Assembly: GCF_001194135.2 (NCBI RefSeq)
Contig: NC_068986.1
Coordinates: forward strand, 109,417,199 to 109,481,198
Direction of reading: 5' to 3'
Length of the DNA: 64,000 bases
DNA from: Octopus bimaculoides
Lineage: Eukaryota
In this document: positions 1 through 12,740 of the stretch, one piece after another
Position numbering within the stretch: the first letter of the stretch is position 1
How the letters are laid out: each line of letters starts with the position of its first letter
Notes under the pieces: model-generated
Database searches by the model: none
Told to the model about the DNA's origin: nothing
What the model saw: only the letters and a program-made list of their open reading frames with translations
Position numbers and translations under genes: made by a program

Positions 1-221
1 GGTTCATGTTAACCATAGTTACTAAAGATAAAATCATGAGAGATAAACATCGATTTGATTTCCACCCATAAACCTTCACACATACTCACACGCGCAAAAA
101 AGAGACAAAATCAATATGGAAGCCCAAAACTGCTTTTCGAAGTTCATAGGATATTTACAAGAATTGGGCCTGATTTTAGTAAGAAAAAGAACACACTTGA
201 CATACAAAAATATGGACTCAC

Positions 222-446
222 GTCAAGCATATTTCGTCTTGTTTGTGAAGGAGATGGGGGCCTGAAGGAATGGCTGTCCATTTTCGATAACACGTTTGTG
301 GAATTACTCCGAAAAGGCAGAGCGTCTTCTGTTGATCTAGCAGCAGATATGCGGGTAAGTGTTGCCCCAGCATGACCGTTCCACGTGTTAGACAACGATG
401 GTAATTTTTCTTGGTCCACAGAATCTTTGAGATAACTTGTCATCAT
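222..446 (-). CDS. Probable first coding exon of an unidentified gene: MMTSYLKDSVDQEKLPSLSNTWNGHAGATLTRISAARSTEDALPFRSNSTNVLSKMDSHSFRPPSPSQTRRNMLD
   Basis: ATG-initiated 75-codon frame ending at a strong donor GAC|gtgagt; GC/CpG richer and non-repetitive; no family recognised. Confidence 0.6.
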
Positions 447-539
447 TCGACTTAATAATCGTAAAGTAATGTTGATGTCGAGGTGCCAGGTGCGACTGTG
501 TTGTGATGTGATGATTGTGTTGCTTTAAGACAAACAGTG

Positions 540-553
540 GTAGTCATAGCAAC
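540..553. promoter_or_regulatory. RFX X-box-like motif GTAGTCATAGCAAC
   Basis: 11/14 match to GTTGCCATGGCAAC, about 95 bp upstream of the ATG at 446. Confidence 0.4.
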
Positions 554-894
554 CGGTAAACACTCGTTAATGAAATACACAGAAATAGGTCAGCAGGTGA
601 TTGTGTGGGCATAATTAACAAGGGAGATCACTCTAAATACATGGCTGAATTATTTCCCTTGAAAATTTATTCGTCGTAAATAACACTGCTTAAAGATTGA
701 AATATTCAGATTTACTGTTTTTCTTCTCTTTCGAAGAGCACAGTGCTACATGTGACAGTGTTATTTTCAATGATGATGGAATATCTATATAAGATGGGTT
801 TCTTCTCTGTTAATTAACAGATTATTGCCAACGATACATACCAACGTACATACATACATACATACATACGTACACACACATATATGTTGCTGAG

Positions 895-980
<86 letters not shown>

Positions 981-995
981 GTTGTTGTTGTTGTC
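895..995. repeat. (ATT)n then (GTT)n microsatellite
   Basis: Directly visible. Confidence 0.97.
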
Positions 996-1775
996 CTGTA
1001 TTCTGCAAATCAATAAGTCAATAAGAAACTGATCGAATCTATGGACAGTTTGTACTGATTAACACGTTTCCTATGACTACAAAAGAAAACAATAAACAAA
1101 ACATGAGGAAACTTTCAGTTCGATCGTTTGTTTTGTTTTGTTTGAGGATCACACCAAGGAGAATAAAAATGGGATGGTGGTTGTTCTTTTATTCTTTTAT
1201 TCTTCCAGTAGCTGCAGCCATTAAGTACAGCAACGCTTGCATTTAAACTGGTGATTATTTTATCATTCTCTATTTGTCGAACAGTTAAATTCCTCTGTTA
1301 GTATGTGACAGAGCGTAACTCAACAAAGTACTTTTGTTCGACGCACTAGTTTACAGGATGTACAGAAGCATACTCAATCGATCGAAGTTTTCGACACACT
1401 TATAATGGGACCAAAGCCAGATGTGGTTTTAGTTCGAAGAATTTTACACTGATGTATTCTCCATAAGCCATGGTCTTGATATTCAGCGTTACTCTACATA
1501 CACATACCCCCCTCCTCTCTCCTAGTCAGCCTCTCTCTTTCTGTGTCTTTCTCCCCACCTCTCTCTCTCTTTCTCTCTCTCTATATAATAATAATAATGA
1601 TAATGATAATAATATTAGGGATAAAAATCCAAATTTACAGGTAAATAATCAATTTAATTTAATTTATCAAAAAGTAAAATTTGTATATATATATATATAT
1701 ATATACATATACATACATTCATATACACGTACGCACACACACACACACTCACACACACACACACACACACGTTTT

Positions 1776-2620
1776 GAGTGTCCCAAAAATATATAGGAGT
1801 ACACTATTTACAGACGAAAACTCAATTTTCATTTCTTTTTCAATTTCACCCTTTAGAAATAATAAAGGCAGCCATACTAAGTTTTGAGCGAAGGAAATTT
1901 ATCATAAAGTGCTACTCAAAGTTTGAACACGTTGTCGTAATACAAAGAGAATCTAGGAGGGAGTTTCAAACAGATCCTTCATCACGATTTATCATCAGTC
2001 GAATTAAAGATAAATTTGTAGCAGATGGAACTGTTTAGAATGACCACCGACATCAACGAACCCCAGAAAGCAGAAAGGCTACTAAAGACGTATAAGTATT
2101 TAAGAAAATCTGTGCTGCAAGTGACTCATGAGATTGGACTTTCAAAATTAGGTGTCTATCGCATTTTGAAGCGCTTTGATTGGGAAACTTACGTTCCAAA
2201 AATAATCCAGACTCTCGGTGGAGATGATCTGGACCCAAGGGTGGGGTTTTGCAAGATGTACAAAAGGTGCAGCTTTTCAATAAAGATTGTTTTGAGTGAT
2301 AAGGATGCATTTAAATTAAATGACCCAATTAACTACCACAGTTTCATCCACTAGGGACTTTAGAATCTGTATATTACGGTGGGGGGAACCATTCTTTTTT
2401 TGAATGGAACTGTGACAGGTCCTATATACTTGAATTTGCTGTGGCAATCTGTTATATGCACCATTCAAGAGAACGATGAAGACGTGGAGTTTTATTTCCA
2501 GCAAGATGGAATAATCTCACACCACCATAGTAATATAAGGACGTACCTTGATATTTTGCCTGACAGGTGGATTGGACAAAGAAGTTCAGTGCAATATCCT
2601 CTACACTACCAGACCTATAA

Positions 2621-2652
<32 letters not shown>

Positions 2653-2906
2653 GAGGATACTTAAAAGATAAAATTTACGGTACAAAATTGGCAACAGTCC
2701 ATGAATTGAAAGCAACTACTGAATGGGAATGCGGACAGGTAGTGAATGAGATATTTCTTGATGTTCACAACTCCATTGCTTCACGTTATCAATAATGTCT
2801 GGACCAGAAGGTTATCTGTTTGAAAACAAGCATTCATAAAACATTAAATTCTATTTGGAGAATCTTGAAAATTGAATGTATTTTAGTGAACTATTTTAAT
2901 GAACAC
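1776..2906 (+). mobile_element. Decayed Tc1/mariner-superfamily transposon (DUF4817/HTH-type transposase pseudogene)
   Basis: Frameshifted fragments SFERRKFIIKCY..EFQTDP, RKSVLQVTHEIGLSK, FYFQQDG, RWIGQR, LKDKIYGTK..HELK; a (CA)n sits where the SPDL motif is expected. Confidence 0.85.
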
Positions 2907-2929
2907 TGAAGAAGGTGGGCCTTCTTGAG

Positions 2930-3880
2930 CATGGTATATCATCAATCATCCTGCTTTGTCATTTCCTCTGTGAGGCTCAAAGTTCTGAGATTATTCCTTA
3001 CTCCTTCATCCCATGTTCTCTTGGATTTTCTTTTCCCAAGATCCATTTACATTGTATGATCGGTGCAGCTTTTTTGTCTCCCATACACATCACAGGACCA
3101 TACCAGTGCAGTCTTCTTTACTTTATCGTTCATGTACACTTACGTTGCACATCCAACAAAGCACACTAGCTTAATTTATTTCCAGTGTTTTGCATTCAGG
3201 GCTCATGTCTTACTACCATGTGACAATGCAACTCGTACAGAAGCATCGTATATCTACCCTCCACTCTGAAAGAGAAACCTTTTGTTACTGACAGTAATAA
3301 AAGCTCTCTGAACTTTTATCACTGTCCAGCCTGTTCTTCTAGCACCTATACTTTCAGAACATCCTCCACCATTGCTAATTAAGTTACTTAGGTAACAAGC
3401 TATCTACTAGCGCTAGAAATGTTCATGAGCATTTGGGAAAGTCTATTTCCCGTGTGCTCTTAGTGTTTACTGCTCCTCGGCACCTACCACACACAAAGTC
3501 ATCTATTTCCCCTGTTAATCTGCCTTGATACCATCGCATCTCTTGTGTGTCCATAGTTTATACAGGATACACCATGTAGAATTTCTACCTACTCATTTTC
3601 TCTATATTAAACAGGGCCATTTCATTGATGGAAGCAAATATCTATTTTCTAATTTAAGACTTTGGTCTTTGTTAACTTTGATTTCAGCTTTTGCTTCCTC
3701 ACCTGGAATTTATTTTCTAATTCTGCTACGGATTCAGCAATAATAAGATCATCAGAGTACGAAGCGTTCCTTTGAGCAAGCATCCTTCAACACCTCTGTT
3801 ATGGCCTAGAGGGCTACAATGAATAAGGGGACTGAGAAACGAGCCCTGATGAACTTCTACCTGCGCATTATTTTTCATCT
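2930..3880 (-). mobile_element. Decayed RTE-clade LINE (reverse transcriptase C-terminal part)
   Basis: Minus-strand remnants EVHQGSFLSP, YSDDL (YADDL), YDASVRVALSHGSKT, WMCNVSVH, LHWYGPV with stops and frameshifts. Confidence 0.85.
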
Positions 3881-4419
3881 CTGCATTCATTGTCAATTCT
3901 CACCAAACTGACAGCATCGCTGTATATGTATTGCATGGCTCTCGCAAACCATTCGCTTGCCTCTAGTCTCCATAGCAACAACCAGATCCCAGAACAAGGG
4001 ACACTGTCCAAGGTTTTTTCCACGTCGACGAATCATTAGACTGTGGCCATGCTGGGGTTCCACTTTGAAGAATTTTTTGTCGAATTAATCAACTTCAGAA
4101 ATTTTTTTAAAGTCTGGCACTTATTCTATTGCACTTTATTGCCAAACCGCTAAGTTAAGGGGACGTAAATACACCAATGCCAGTAGTGGTAGGAGACAAA
4201 CAGAGTTAGAAAGACACATACACACGTACAACAGGCTTCTTTTAGTTTCCATTTACCAAATCCACTCACAAAGCTTTGGTCGGCGCGTGGGTATAGTTTA
4301 AGACACTTGCCTAAGGTGATACGCAGTGGAAACAAACCCAGAACCATGTGGTTGGGAAGCAAGTTTCTTAACTTACCTGGAAACACAGGTAAGTTAAGAA
4401 TACACAGAAAAGCATGAGA

Positions 4420-4680
4420 ACGACACAACCAAAATATATTACTAATCTCTTGAGAAGCACAGAAATATGTGCCTGCTAAATGGACTGTGAAAGACCGAGG
4501 ACATCATATACGAAGCGTCAACCACAAAGAGAAATACTCACAACACAACCTTTACCAAGAAATACGTGGGTCTTACAGAAGAAAGTTTCAAATTGAAGTC
4601 TAAAAATCATACTCCCCCCCCCTTTAGAAATTGGAGAAAGCAGAAAACACGAAACTCTCTAATTACTTTTATAAAACTGT
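4420..4680 (+). mobile_element. Penelope-like element GIY-YIG endonuclease relic
   Basis: MCLLNGL..EDIIYEA..KKYVGLTEESFK, resembling the CPLxGxC..IVYxA..YIGLTExxFK PLE motif. Confidence 0.7.
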
Positions 4681-6154
4681 GTATTGCCACTGTTGTATCC
4701 GTCTTTGTCTGATGGTTGTCGCTCTAATGCTGGCAAAGTATTAAACCCTACTTCTTTGGTTTCAGGATATCAAATACCAAACCTACAACCACCAAGTCTG
4801 ACTCTCAGCTGATTCGGTCAGTTGTAATGAAAGGACTCGGAATATTTTAGTTTTACTTTGGACTGTTGAACATAAGAATAGTGTTGTGTGCTTTGAGCAA
4901 ATGAGACAGCTTCTATGTAGTCACATGAGCTGCTGTAATAGAAATAACATCCAAATGACATCACAAATGTCTTAAACAAGGACATATTAAATGATAAGCT
5001 CCTAGATCTTCATTCAGGGAATGATCATGTAAGAAATACTTTTCATCATAAATCTTTTCAATTAAGGTGACCTTTGCCAGTAAGACATCCAAGCGAGATT
5101 GTTGCCAGTGCCGATGGACTGGCTCCTGCGCAGGTGGCACGTAAAACACCCCATTTCGAGCATAGCCGTTGCCAGTACCCGCCTGACTGGCCTTCGTGCC
5201 GGTGGCACGTAAAAGCACCCACTACACACTCGGAATGGTTGGCATTAGGAAGGGCATCCAGCAGTAGAAACTCTGCCAAATCAGATTGGAGCCTGGTGTC
5301 GCATCCTGGTCCACCAGTCCTCAGTCAAATCGTCCAACCCATGCTAGCATGTAAAGCGGACATTAAAAGATGATGATGATGATGAAATGACAGTGTTTAC
5401 TACCAGCTTAATAATTCTGGGTTCATTAAGATTATACCAGATTCAACAGTTAGTCTGGAAATAGGGTTTTACTCAGAATTGCTACAACCAAGCAATTCAG
5501 AAGATGGATGAAGTGGAGGTTCTGTGGGGATGAAGTGAACCAGAAGTATAGGGTCAGTGATATCAGTGGCTGAGGAGCCTTGCCAGAAGGAGAGAAGGGA
5601 AATCATTTGAGCAGAAGCAGGGCTGGTGTGGCCCACTTTTCACTTGGTGTGATCATAGGGAATGGACGCATAAGCTGCATGGAGTAGAGGGACTTTTCCA
5701 TTAGCTTCTGGCCAGAGGTTAGATGGGTAGGGCACCTACGGATATAACTTGGCTGGAAAGGATCACTGCTACTAGAGAACTGGAGAAGTAGATGTATTGT
5801 ACTTTCTTTTCCCCACACAACAGCTCCATAAAAAATGTACACACACACACACACACACACAAAGACAATAAACAAATATAGACTATAGAAATAAGTGACC
5901 AATAACCATCTCCTTGAAAACGTGTGCCACTCCCAAACTGTAAAACTTCAGCTCTCTGAATGCAAAACTGGTCTACAATTTAGATCACAACATGCATTCG
6001 CTTAAGATATTATTATAAATAAAATTGTGGAATTTCCCAATAAATTCAGTAATGACATCATTTACTGCAATTATAAAAGTGAAATAAAAAAAAAATATTC
6101 AACAAAAAAAAAAGATCAGTAGAAAAAAAAGACACGATTTTTTTTTAAATGCAT

Positions 6155-6160
6155 TTTATT
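6155..6160 (-). promoter_or_regulatory. Candidate distal poly(A) signal
   Basis: AATAAA on minus followed by GU/U-rich cgtgtctttttttt, at the end of a TE-poor AT-rich block (6130-7440). Confidence 0.4.
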
Positions 6161-7959
6161 ATCGGAATTGTTGCACAGCATTCTTTGTCAGATCTTTTCA
6201 GTAAATAAACCTCCAAATCAAAGAATTGCTTCCATAGTCTTTACAAATGTAAAGTGGTATTTAAACCATAGATAATGAAATGAGTGACACACACTAAAGT
6301 AAGTTTTAAACTTCATTAAATTAAACAAGAATAAAAATAACCTTTTCAACATCAACACATAAAATAGGGGATCACTCTGCAGCTAATATGGTTTTTATTC
6401 TTCCTGTAAAATGGTAGTGATTTAGGAACTAGTAAACAAATATCTATATATATATTGTATACACACACACACACACACGTATTTATGTACGTATGTCATA
6501 TGTACATGTGTAAGAATACACATTATTCATACACACACACACACACACATATATATACACACACACATATATATATATCTTTGACTCAAGATTCCTGAAG
6601 CTCAAACATTGCATTTTTATAGTCACCTACCAATAAAAAACATACTGATTGTAGTTCACTTAATTAATTTGCAATAAAAATGTGATCTACAACAGGTGTG
6701 TTTTAATCAATCATCCGGCCAACACACACACACACACACACATATATAATACAAACACATATATAATCATCACGCACACACACAAATTACATAACAAAAA
6801 AATAACAATTTTGACCATAGCAGATAAAAATAAATTTATAAAGTTGATATTTTAACAATTTTAGCAAAAAAATAAAAGTTAGTTTAGTTTAAATGCTTCT
6901 TCACTTTACATTGTGGACATTTCAAGTTTAAAAATAGACAAATTCCTAATTCTAAATCTTACCACTGACATAGTTAAAATCCTACAAAAAAGAAATTACA
7001 CACCTTGAATTTTATTTCTCATTTAAATCATTTATAAAATATAAGTTTAGGGGATGATGATAAACAAACAAAACAGTTGAACATTTTTGTGGGGAAATCA
7101 TCATTAATGTTCTACAATTCTGGACTAGAACAACCCAAAGAATGTGATTTAACAGATCAGAGGTATCTGTAATTATTTTAAACAAACTACTATAATTTGA
7201 TTTTTTTTAATTGTTTTGAAAAATCTACAGCAAAGGGTCTGTCTGGTATTGTTCATCAAAAATTGAGACAACAGATATTGTCATTGGTGTTAATACAGCA
7301 ATATCTATTGGATCAATAACAGGAAAACATAAATAAATAAAATGGTTAACCTGACAGGAAAATGCATCAATCAATATCAGCTTTCATTAAACCCAAAATA
7401 TCACACTCAAAATCAATAAACGAGTCAACTGCTTATTAATTTCCAGTCAGGTTTTGTGATTTATTAGTGAGATATTTACTTAACAAATACCATTTGTGTT
7501 TAAGTAAAAAAAGAAAAAACGCTAGGCTCAAAGACACAACAGAACACCAAAGACAGGATATGAAGCCATTATAAAATGGCACCAAGTCATGGTTAATTGA
7601 GTCATAGGAGTCTACACCCACTGGCTGAACAACTGAAATTTCGTATCTTGGGCAAAAATCACCCAACTCTTCTTGGCCTGCTCTGTCTACAGGTCTAGAA
7701 GTGTCATTGAATGTAAACTGGTGTTGGTTGGTGGCAAAAAGTTCTGTATAAATAAGTGGAAAGTAATTATTTAGCTTGCAGTGAGTTGAGTTGAAATCTT
7801 GCAGTAAATTGGTGTTCTCTTTCAGGAAGTAAGAGCTTATTTAAGTGGTTAATTGTGTGAAAGTTGTGGTTATGTCTATGTTCCATATTATGCAAGACAC
7901 TTCTTGAAAATTTGTGAGTGTGTGAAAGTATATAAGATTCAGCAAGAGTATGTGGTGCT

Positions 7960-9066
7960 AATTGCTATTCAATTCAACATCAAATCAACAGACCATCTTC
8001 AGTATATTCTAGACTCACTTCCACTCTTCCCATACTCACACTTCTATTATTTTAGTGAATGAGTTCAAAATGGAATATAAAGCAGTTTCCACTGCTTTGC
8101 AAAAATTGATAAAGCTTTTGGTCAGGAAACTGTTAACAAAGTCTAACATTAGTTTCAACCATTTTATAATCAAGCTGATAGCCTTGAAGATGAGATGAGT
8201 AACAGAGGACTTCCTGCAATTGACAATGGCCAAGTGAGAGCCATTACTGAAGTGCACCCAAGCAAATCAACTCAAGAGACTACAGAAGGCCTCAACGTTG
8301 ACTGTTCAATGTTTGTTCACCACATTGTAAAGTTAAAAGAGATGAACAAACAGGTGTTGCACAAACTGAACAAAAATATGAAGAAAGAATGTTTGCAAAA
8401 CAAAAAACAACCTGTTTCTTTGTCACATTGTGATAATATGACAAAAAGAAAAGAAAAGAAAAAGAAACCCAGATTCTTCTGCAATAACTGATGGATTTTC
8501 TGTGCAGTGGCTGGACCAAAGGTGAAACAGCAAAATACTTTCTGTAATGAAAGCTGCATCAAAACAAGGTAATGCTCAGAGTTTGGTAGTCAGAAAGTCG
8601 AATTGTCCAATACTATTTTTGAATCCTGATGGAACTATCACAGCAGAGAAATATTGCCAAAATACATGAAGAATTGCAAGATATACATTCAGCAATGCTC
8701 AATTAAAAAGGACCAATTCTTTCCAAAGACAATGCCAAACCACATGTCTTACGAATAACTGCAGAAATGGAATGGACTAACCCATGATGTTCTACTTCCT
8801 TCAGCTAATTCTACAGGTCTTTGGACGACTCTCAACCAGTTTCTCAAACAGTTGAATAGCTTCAACAACAAGAAGCAGTTCTAAATGCTTTTCAAGAAGC
8901 TATTTGTTCCAAGACTCCTGGATTCTATGCTACTAAAATCAATAAATTTGTTTGTGGTCAAAAATATGTAGATTCTAATGATTGTTATTTCAATGAATAA
9001 AATTTATTCTGAATTACATTACTCGATGGTTAAAAACTGAAGTTATTTTCCTAAAACCAGATTAAT
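7960..9066 (+). mobile_element. Decayed near full-length mariner (Hsmar1/SETMAR-like) transposase
   Basis: IDKAFGQETVN, SLEDEMSNRGLPAIDNGQVRAITE, QWLDQ, FLNPDGTITAEKYCQ, DNAKPH and a CYF terminus, with many stops. Confidence 0.9.
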
Positions 9067-9861
9067 ACAGATAAGGATTCAGTAAATGACATTTCTTATA
9101 CAATTTATATTGTTTATTGAAAGTTATTTCATTTTTGTTAGGCCAGAAATGCCATTAGAATTGTCATAACTAGCACAATATCTCATTCTAGAACTGACCA
9201 AATCAATTTGGTCTCAGAATACCAGCTTTATCTATGTTGCTCCATCATGTCACCAAATCTATAACCAAGATCTGTAGCATTCTCTGGCTCATTCTATAGA
9301 ACTGTGAATAGAAACTATACGCAAGTACAACATATTTCTTGAAGAAATGGAAACTACAAAACTGGTAAGAGACTCATTAATTTGCAGTCATGAGGAATGG
9401 TGTTGAGTAGCATTTATAGTGGCCTAACAGTGCAGGATTAAAATACATAGACTTTGTTTCAACCAATTCCATTATCATAGCAAACGTGAATTTGATTCTA
9501 AAGACAAAAGTTTATGTTGAGACATTTCTCACTGAAGTTCTACAGAATATCAGAACAGTTCAATGCCATCACCTCAAAACTGACAACAGATTAACAATAT
9601 ATATATATATATATATATATATGAGGAAACAAATGAGCAGAAGTAGCACTCAATACATAGAGCTAGTGTTGTATTTTTAGAGTAAGAGGTTGACTTAGTT
9701 CCTCATGTTAGTTAAAGTTTTGTGGACCTAAAAAAAAATGTAACCCAGATTCTGACATTCTTGAGGCAAAATATGTGTGTGTGTGTGCGTGTGTGTGTGT
9801 GTGTGTGTGTNNNNNNNNNNNNNNNNNNNNNNNNNNATATATATATATATATATATATATA

Positions 9862-10078
9862 CGATGGGGTGTTGAAAAATTCTTGGCTTTGGGTAACAGA
9901 AAATGCAGGAGGATCAGTTAATTATGATTTTATTCAACAATTTCTTCTCTTAGATTCACTCATTTATTGCAGTGATCCTTCAGTTTTTCTAAGCCCTGTA
10001 AAAGATTTCAGAAGTTTGGGCCTCCAAGCAGGCCTTTTGTGATACCCTTAAAGCCAGGAACTTTTCAGCATCCCCTTG
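9862..10078. mobile_element. Mariner-type MITE inserted in a (TA)n tract
   Basis: About 29-bp TIRs cgatggggtgttgaaaaattcttggcttt / aaagccaggaacttttcagcatccccttg, TA on both sides. Confidence 0.85.
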
Positions 10079-11059
10079 TATATATACACATGCATGAATA
10101 TATATACATACATACATATACATTCACACAAATACAAGCATGGAAAGTGGACATTAAAACGATGAAGACAGGAATATACAAACCTTTATATACACACACA
10201 CACACGCAGAGTTCTGGGCTACCAGTCATTACTCCAGCGCTTGATTGAAACCTCATGTAGATGTTAAACTTTCTGTCCTCAATATTACAGAAACCAGTTG
10301 TCAGTAATTCACAAAAAAACAAAAACAAAAAAAAACAGATGTAGCCATTACATCTTTCTTAGAATATCCAAATGTACAAACTTTGAGTAAGAAAAATATT
10401 CTTTTTCATACATTTCAAACTTTCAGAATTCAAGAATACCATTGGTTCAATAGTTCTGTCTTTCCTAAATAGATCCATTCTGCAAGGTACATGGGTTCTA
10501 GTGAAGCAGAAACAGTTTGCTTGTATAACATTGCACTTCTGATCCAGAAATAATGAGATCTAATAAGGAGAGAGCATCAGAATTCCTAGTAAACAATTTC
10601 AATCCATTGGATTAAATGAATCCCAGTTGCCATCATCCTTTAACGCCCATGTTCCATGCTGGCATGGATCGGACAGTTTGACAATTTAATGGACTCAAAG
10701 ACTTTGTGGTCCAATGTCTGCTTTGGCATGGCTTCCTAGTACAGAGTGTACTCGGTGCTTTTGTTATGCCACCAGCATCAGTGAAGTTACCAAGTAACTT
10801 GCAAGACTACAAACCCTGAGAGAGGTAGCTTGATGTTAGGGGTTGAGGGGGTCAAAATATGAGAGAAGGGACCAGCACAGAATAGTATTTGATTTAAATA
10901 TTTCATCAATCATAAAAGGATAGAAAGCAGAGTCAACCATAAAAATAAAATTAAACAAATAGAAACAAAAAGGGAAAACAAAGCAAAATGTAATTTTAAT
11001 AAAAAATAAGACAAGTTGTTAATGATAATAAAATGTTCTAAAGTGATTTCATTGAGTGC

Positions 11060-11065
11060 TTTATT
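11060..11065 (-). promoter_or_regulatory. Candidate proximal poly(A) signal AATAAA for TMEM63
   Basis: tttatt on + strand about 500 nt downstream of the stop; motif only. Confidence 0.3.
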
Positions 11066-11565
11066 GATATTTCTGGAAGAAACTAACAAAATGTAAAATT
11101 GCAAAAACAACAAAAAAAAAATCTAAAATGAATAGATAACTAACGAGGTGCTTAAGTAAAAAGAACCTGCAACAACTAACGAAGAATAAAATTTGTAAAA
11201 AAATAGATTTGAGAAATTGAGTGAAATGCAGAACAAATCAATTGTAAAGCAAGAAATTGATTTTAAATGAGAGAGAGAGGGAGAGAGAAGTAGAGATGTA
11301 CAAACAAAAGAGGAAAAGTAATTTAGCAACATGTAAATAACTAATTAATAAATATAAATGAAATATTTTGATTTTTTTTTAATGTAAAAATGTTTGAGGT
11401 TTTTTTTGTTATTTTGCTTTTTCTTTCCTCTCTTTTGTCTCTTCAATAAATTAAAACAACTTAAGAATTCACACCAAAAAAAAAAAAAAAAAGTTAGAAA
11501 TAGAACTTAGAAATGAGAAACAGAAAGAATAAAAGATCAGTTCCATGTAAATGTCATTGTGGAGA

Positions 11566-11694
11566 TCATCCGTCAATCAAGTTTCCTGTGTCTGTGGAGA
11601 CAATGGCACCATAATTATTGGTATTGCTTCGAACAGAGTCTACCTGCCTGGCATCGCCTTTGGAATCATTCTTCAGAACATTGGCAACAAATGG
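11566..11694 (-). CDS. TMEM63: TMEM63 terminal coding exon: PFVANVLKNDSKGDARQVDSVRSNTNNYGAIVSTDTGNLIDG*
   Basis: tttctgatctttcag acceptor; FVAxVL corresponds to the vertebrate YIAQVL; TGA stop followed by U-rich UTR-like sequence. Confidence 0.85.
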   Translation of the reverse strand, partial: PFVANVLKNDSKGDARQVDSVRSNTNNYGAIVSTDTGNLIDG

Positions 11695-12601
11695 CTGAAA
11701 GATCAGAAATATCACAATCAGTCAATTTGAATTACAACATAAATGGACAAGTAGAAATGAACAAAATCGATCTATATTATAATATGATAATATTAGATGC
11801 TTCTGTCTGTATGTCTCTCTCTCTCTATCTCTCACTCTATTATAACCACAAAAAAAAAGGCCATAAATATTTCACTCTCTAATGCAACAATAGTCTTTGA
11901 GACTGATGACGAGCAAAGACTCAGAAACATGTCTCTGGATGCAGATGTAGCTGGGTAGAGGTGCTTGTCTCCCCCTTGTAAACATAAGGACACAGGGAAT
12001 GTGTCAAGGCCGACAGGAAGCGGTGCAGCTTCTTAGGTCTAACCAACAGTAGTATTATTCCCTGCAGGGGACTGTCACATTAAGTTGACAGCACACAACT
12101 ACTTCATCGTATCGCTACTGCATAAATCTCTCTGAGAGATTTAGAAATATATTATTTCTAAATATATTATTATTTTCCACTTAAATGTTTGTTGATATAC
12201 AAACAACAATTGTGAATTTCTTTTAAAAAAGGGCATGAAAACATTGACCTCAACAGAATTTGAAGCCAGGACATACAGACAGATGAGATACCACTACGTA
12301 TTTTGCTTGGCATGCTAACAATTCTTACAGCTCACCACTGTTCTGGAACTGCAGAAAAGGTTTTAACACTGACATCAGATCTCAATCAGTTTAACATCAG
12401 GTTTCATATTTCAGGATCTTTACAGAGCATCACACAACATTTGTCATTGGTTCAAATCCAGTCTGGCGCTTGTTTACACACACCCAGAGATAAGAGAGTT
12501 GATGGTGATTGCAGATCAAACCACACAAGATGCAGTGGAGATGTGGTTTTAAAAACATTTCATCACTGAAGGAATATATAATAAATGTCATTTTAACTTA
12601 C

Positions 12602-12640
12602 CTTAACGGGTTCTGTCTGTCGGGAATCAGCAGTTAGATG
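12602..12640 (-). CDS. TMEM63: Candidate TMEM63 39-nt microexon: HLTADSRQTEPVK
   Basis: ctctgttctctgttgtag acceptor, AAG|gtaagt perfect donor; only frame 0 is open; phase 0 matches the terminal exon. Confidence 0.72.
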
Positions 12641-12706
12641 CTACAACAGAGAACAGAGAGAGAGAGATAAAGAGAGAGAAGGAAAGATACAGAAAGACAA
12701 ACAGAA

Positions 12707-12740
<34 letters not shown>

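Noticed and set aside
55-375. 106-aa plus ORF
   Set aside because: Antisense to the spliced minus-strand exon 222-446; no motif
10400-10560. Possible minus exon (SHYFWIRSAML..)
   Set aside because: Weak donor, two frames open, no homology
11559-11882. Plus ORF initially read as a Penelope GIY-YIG fragment
   Set aside because: It is the antisense shadow of the real TMEM63 terminal exon
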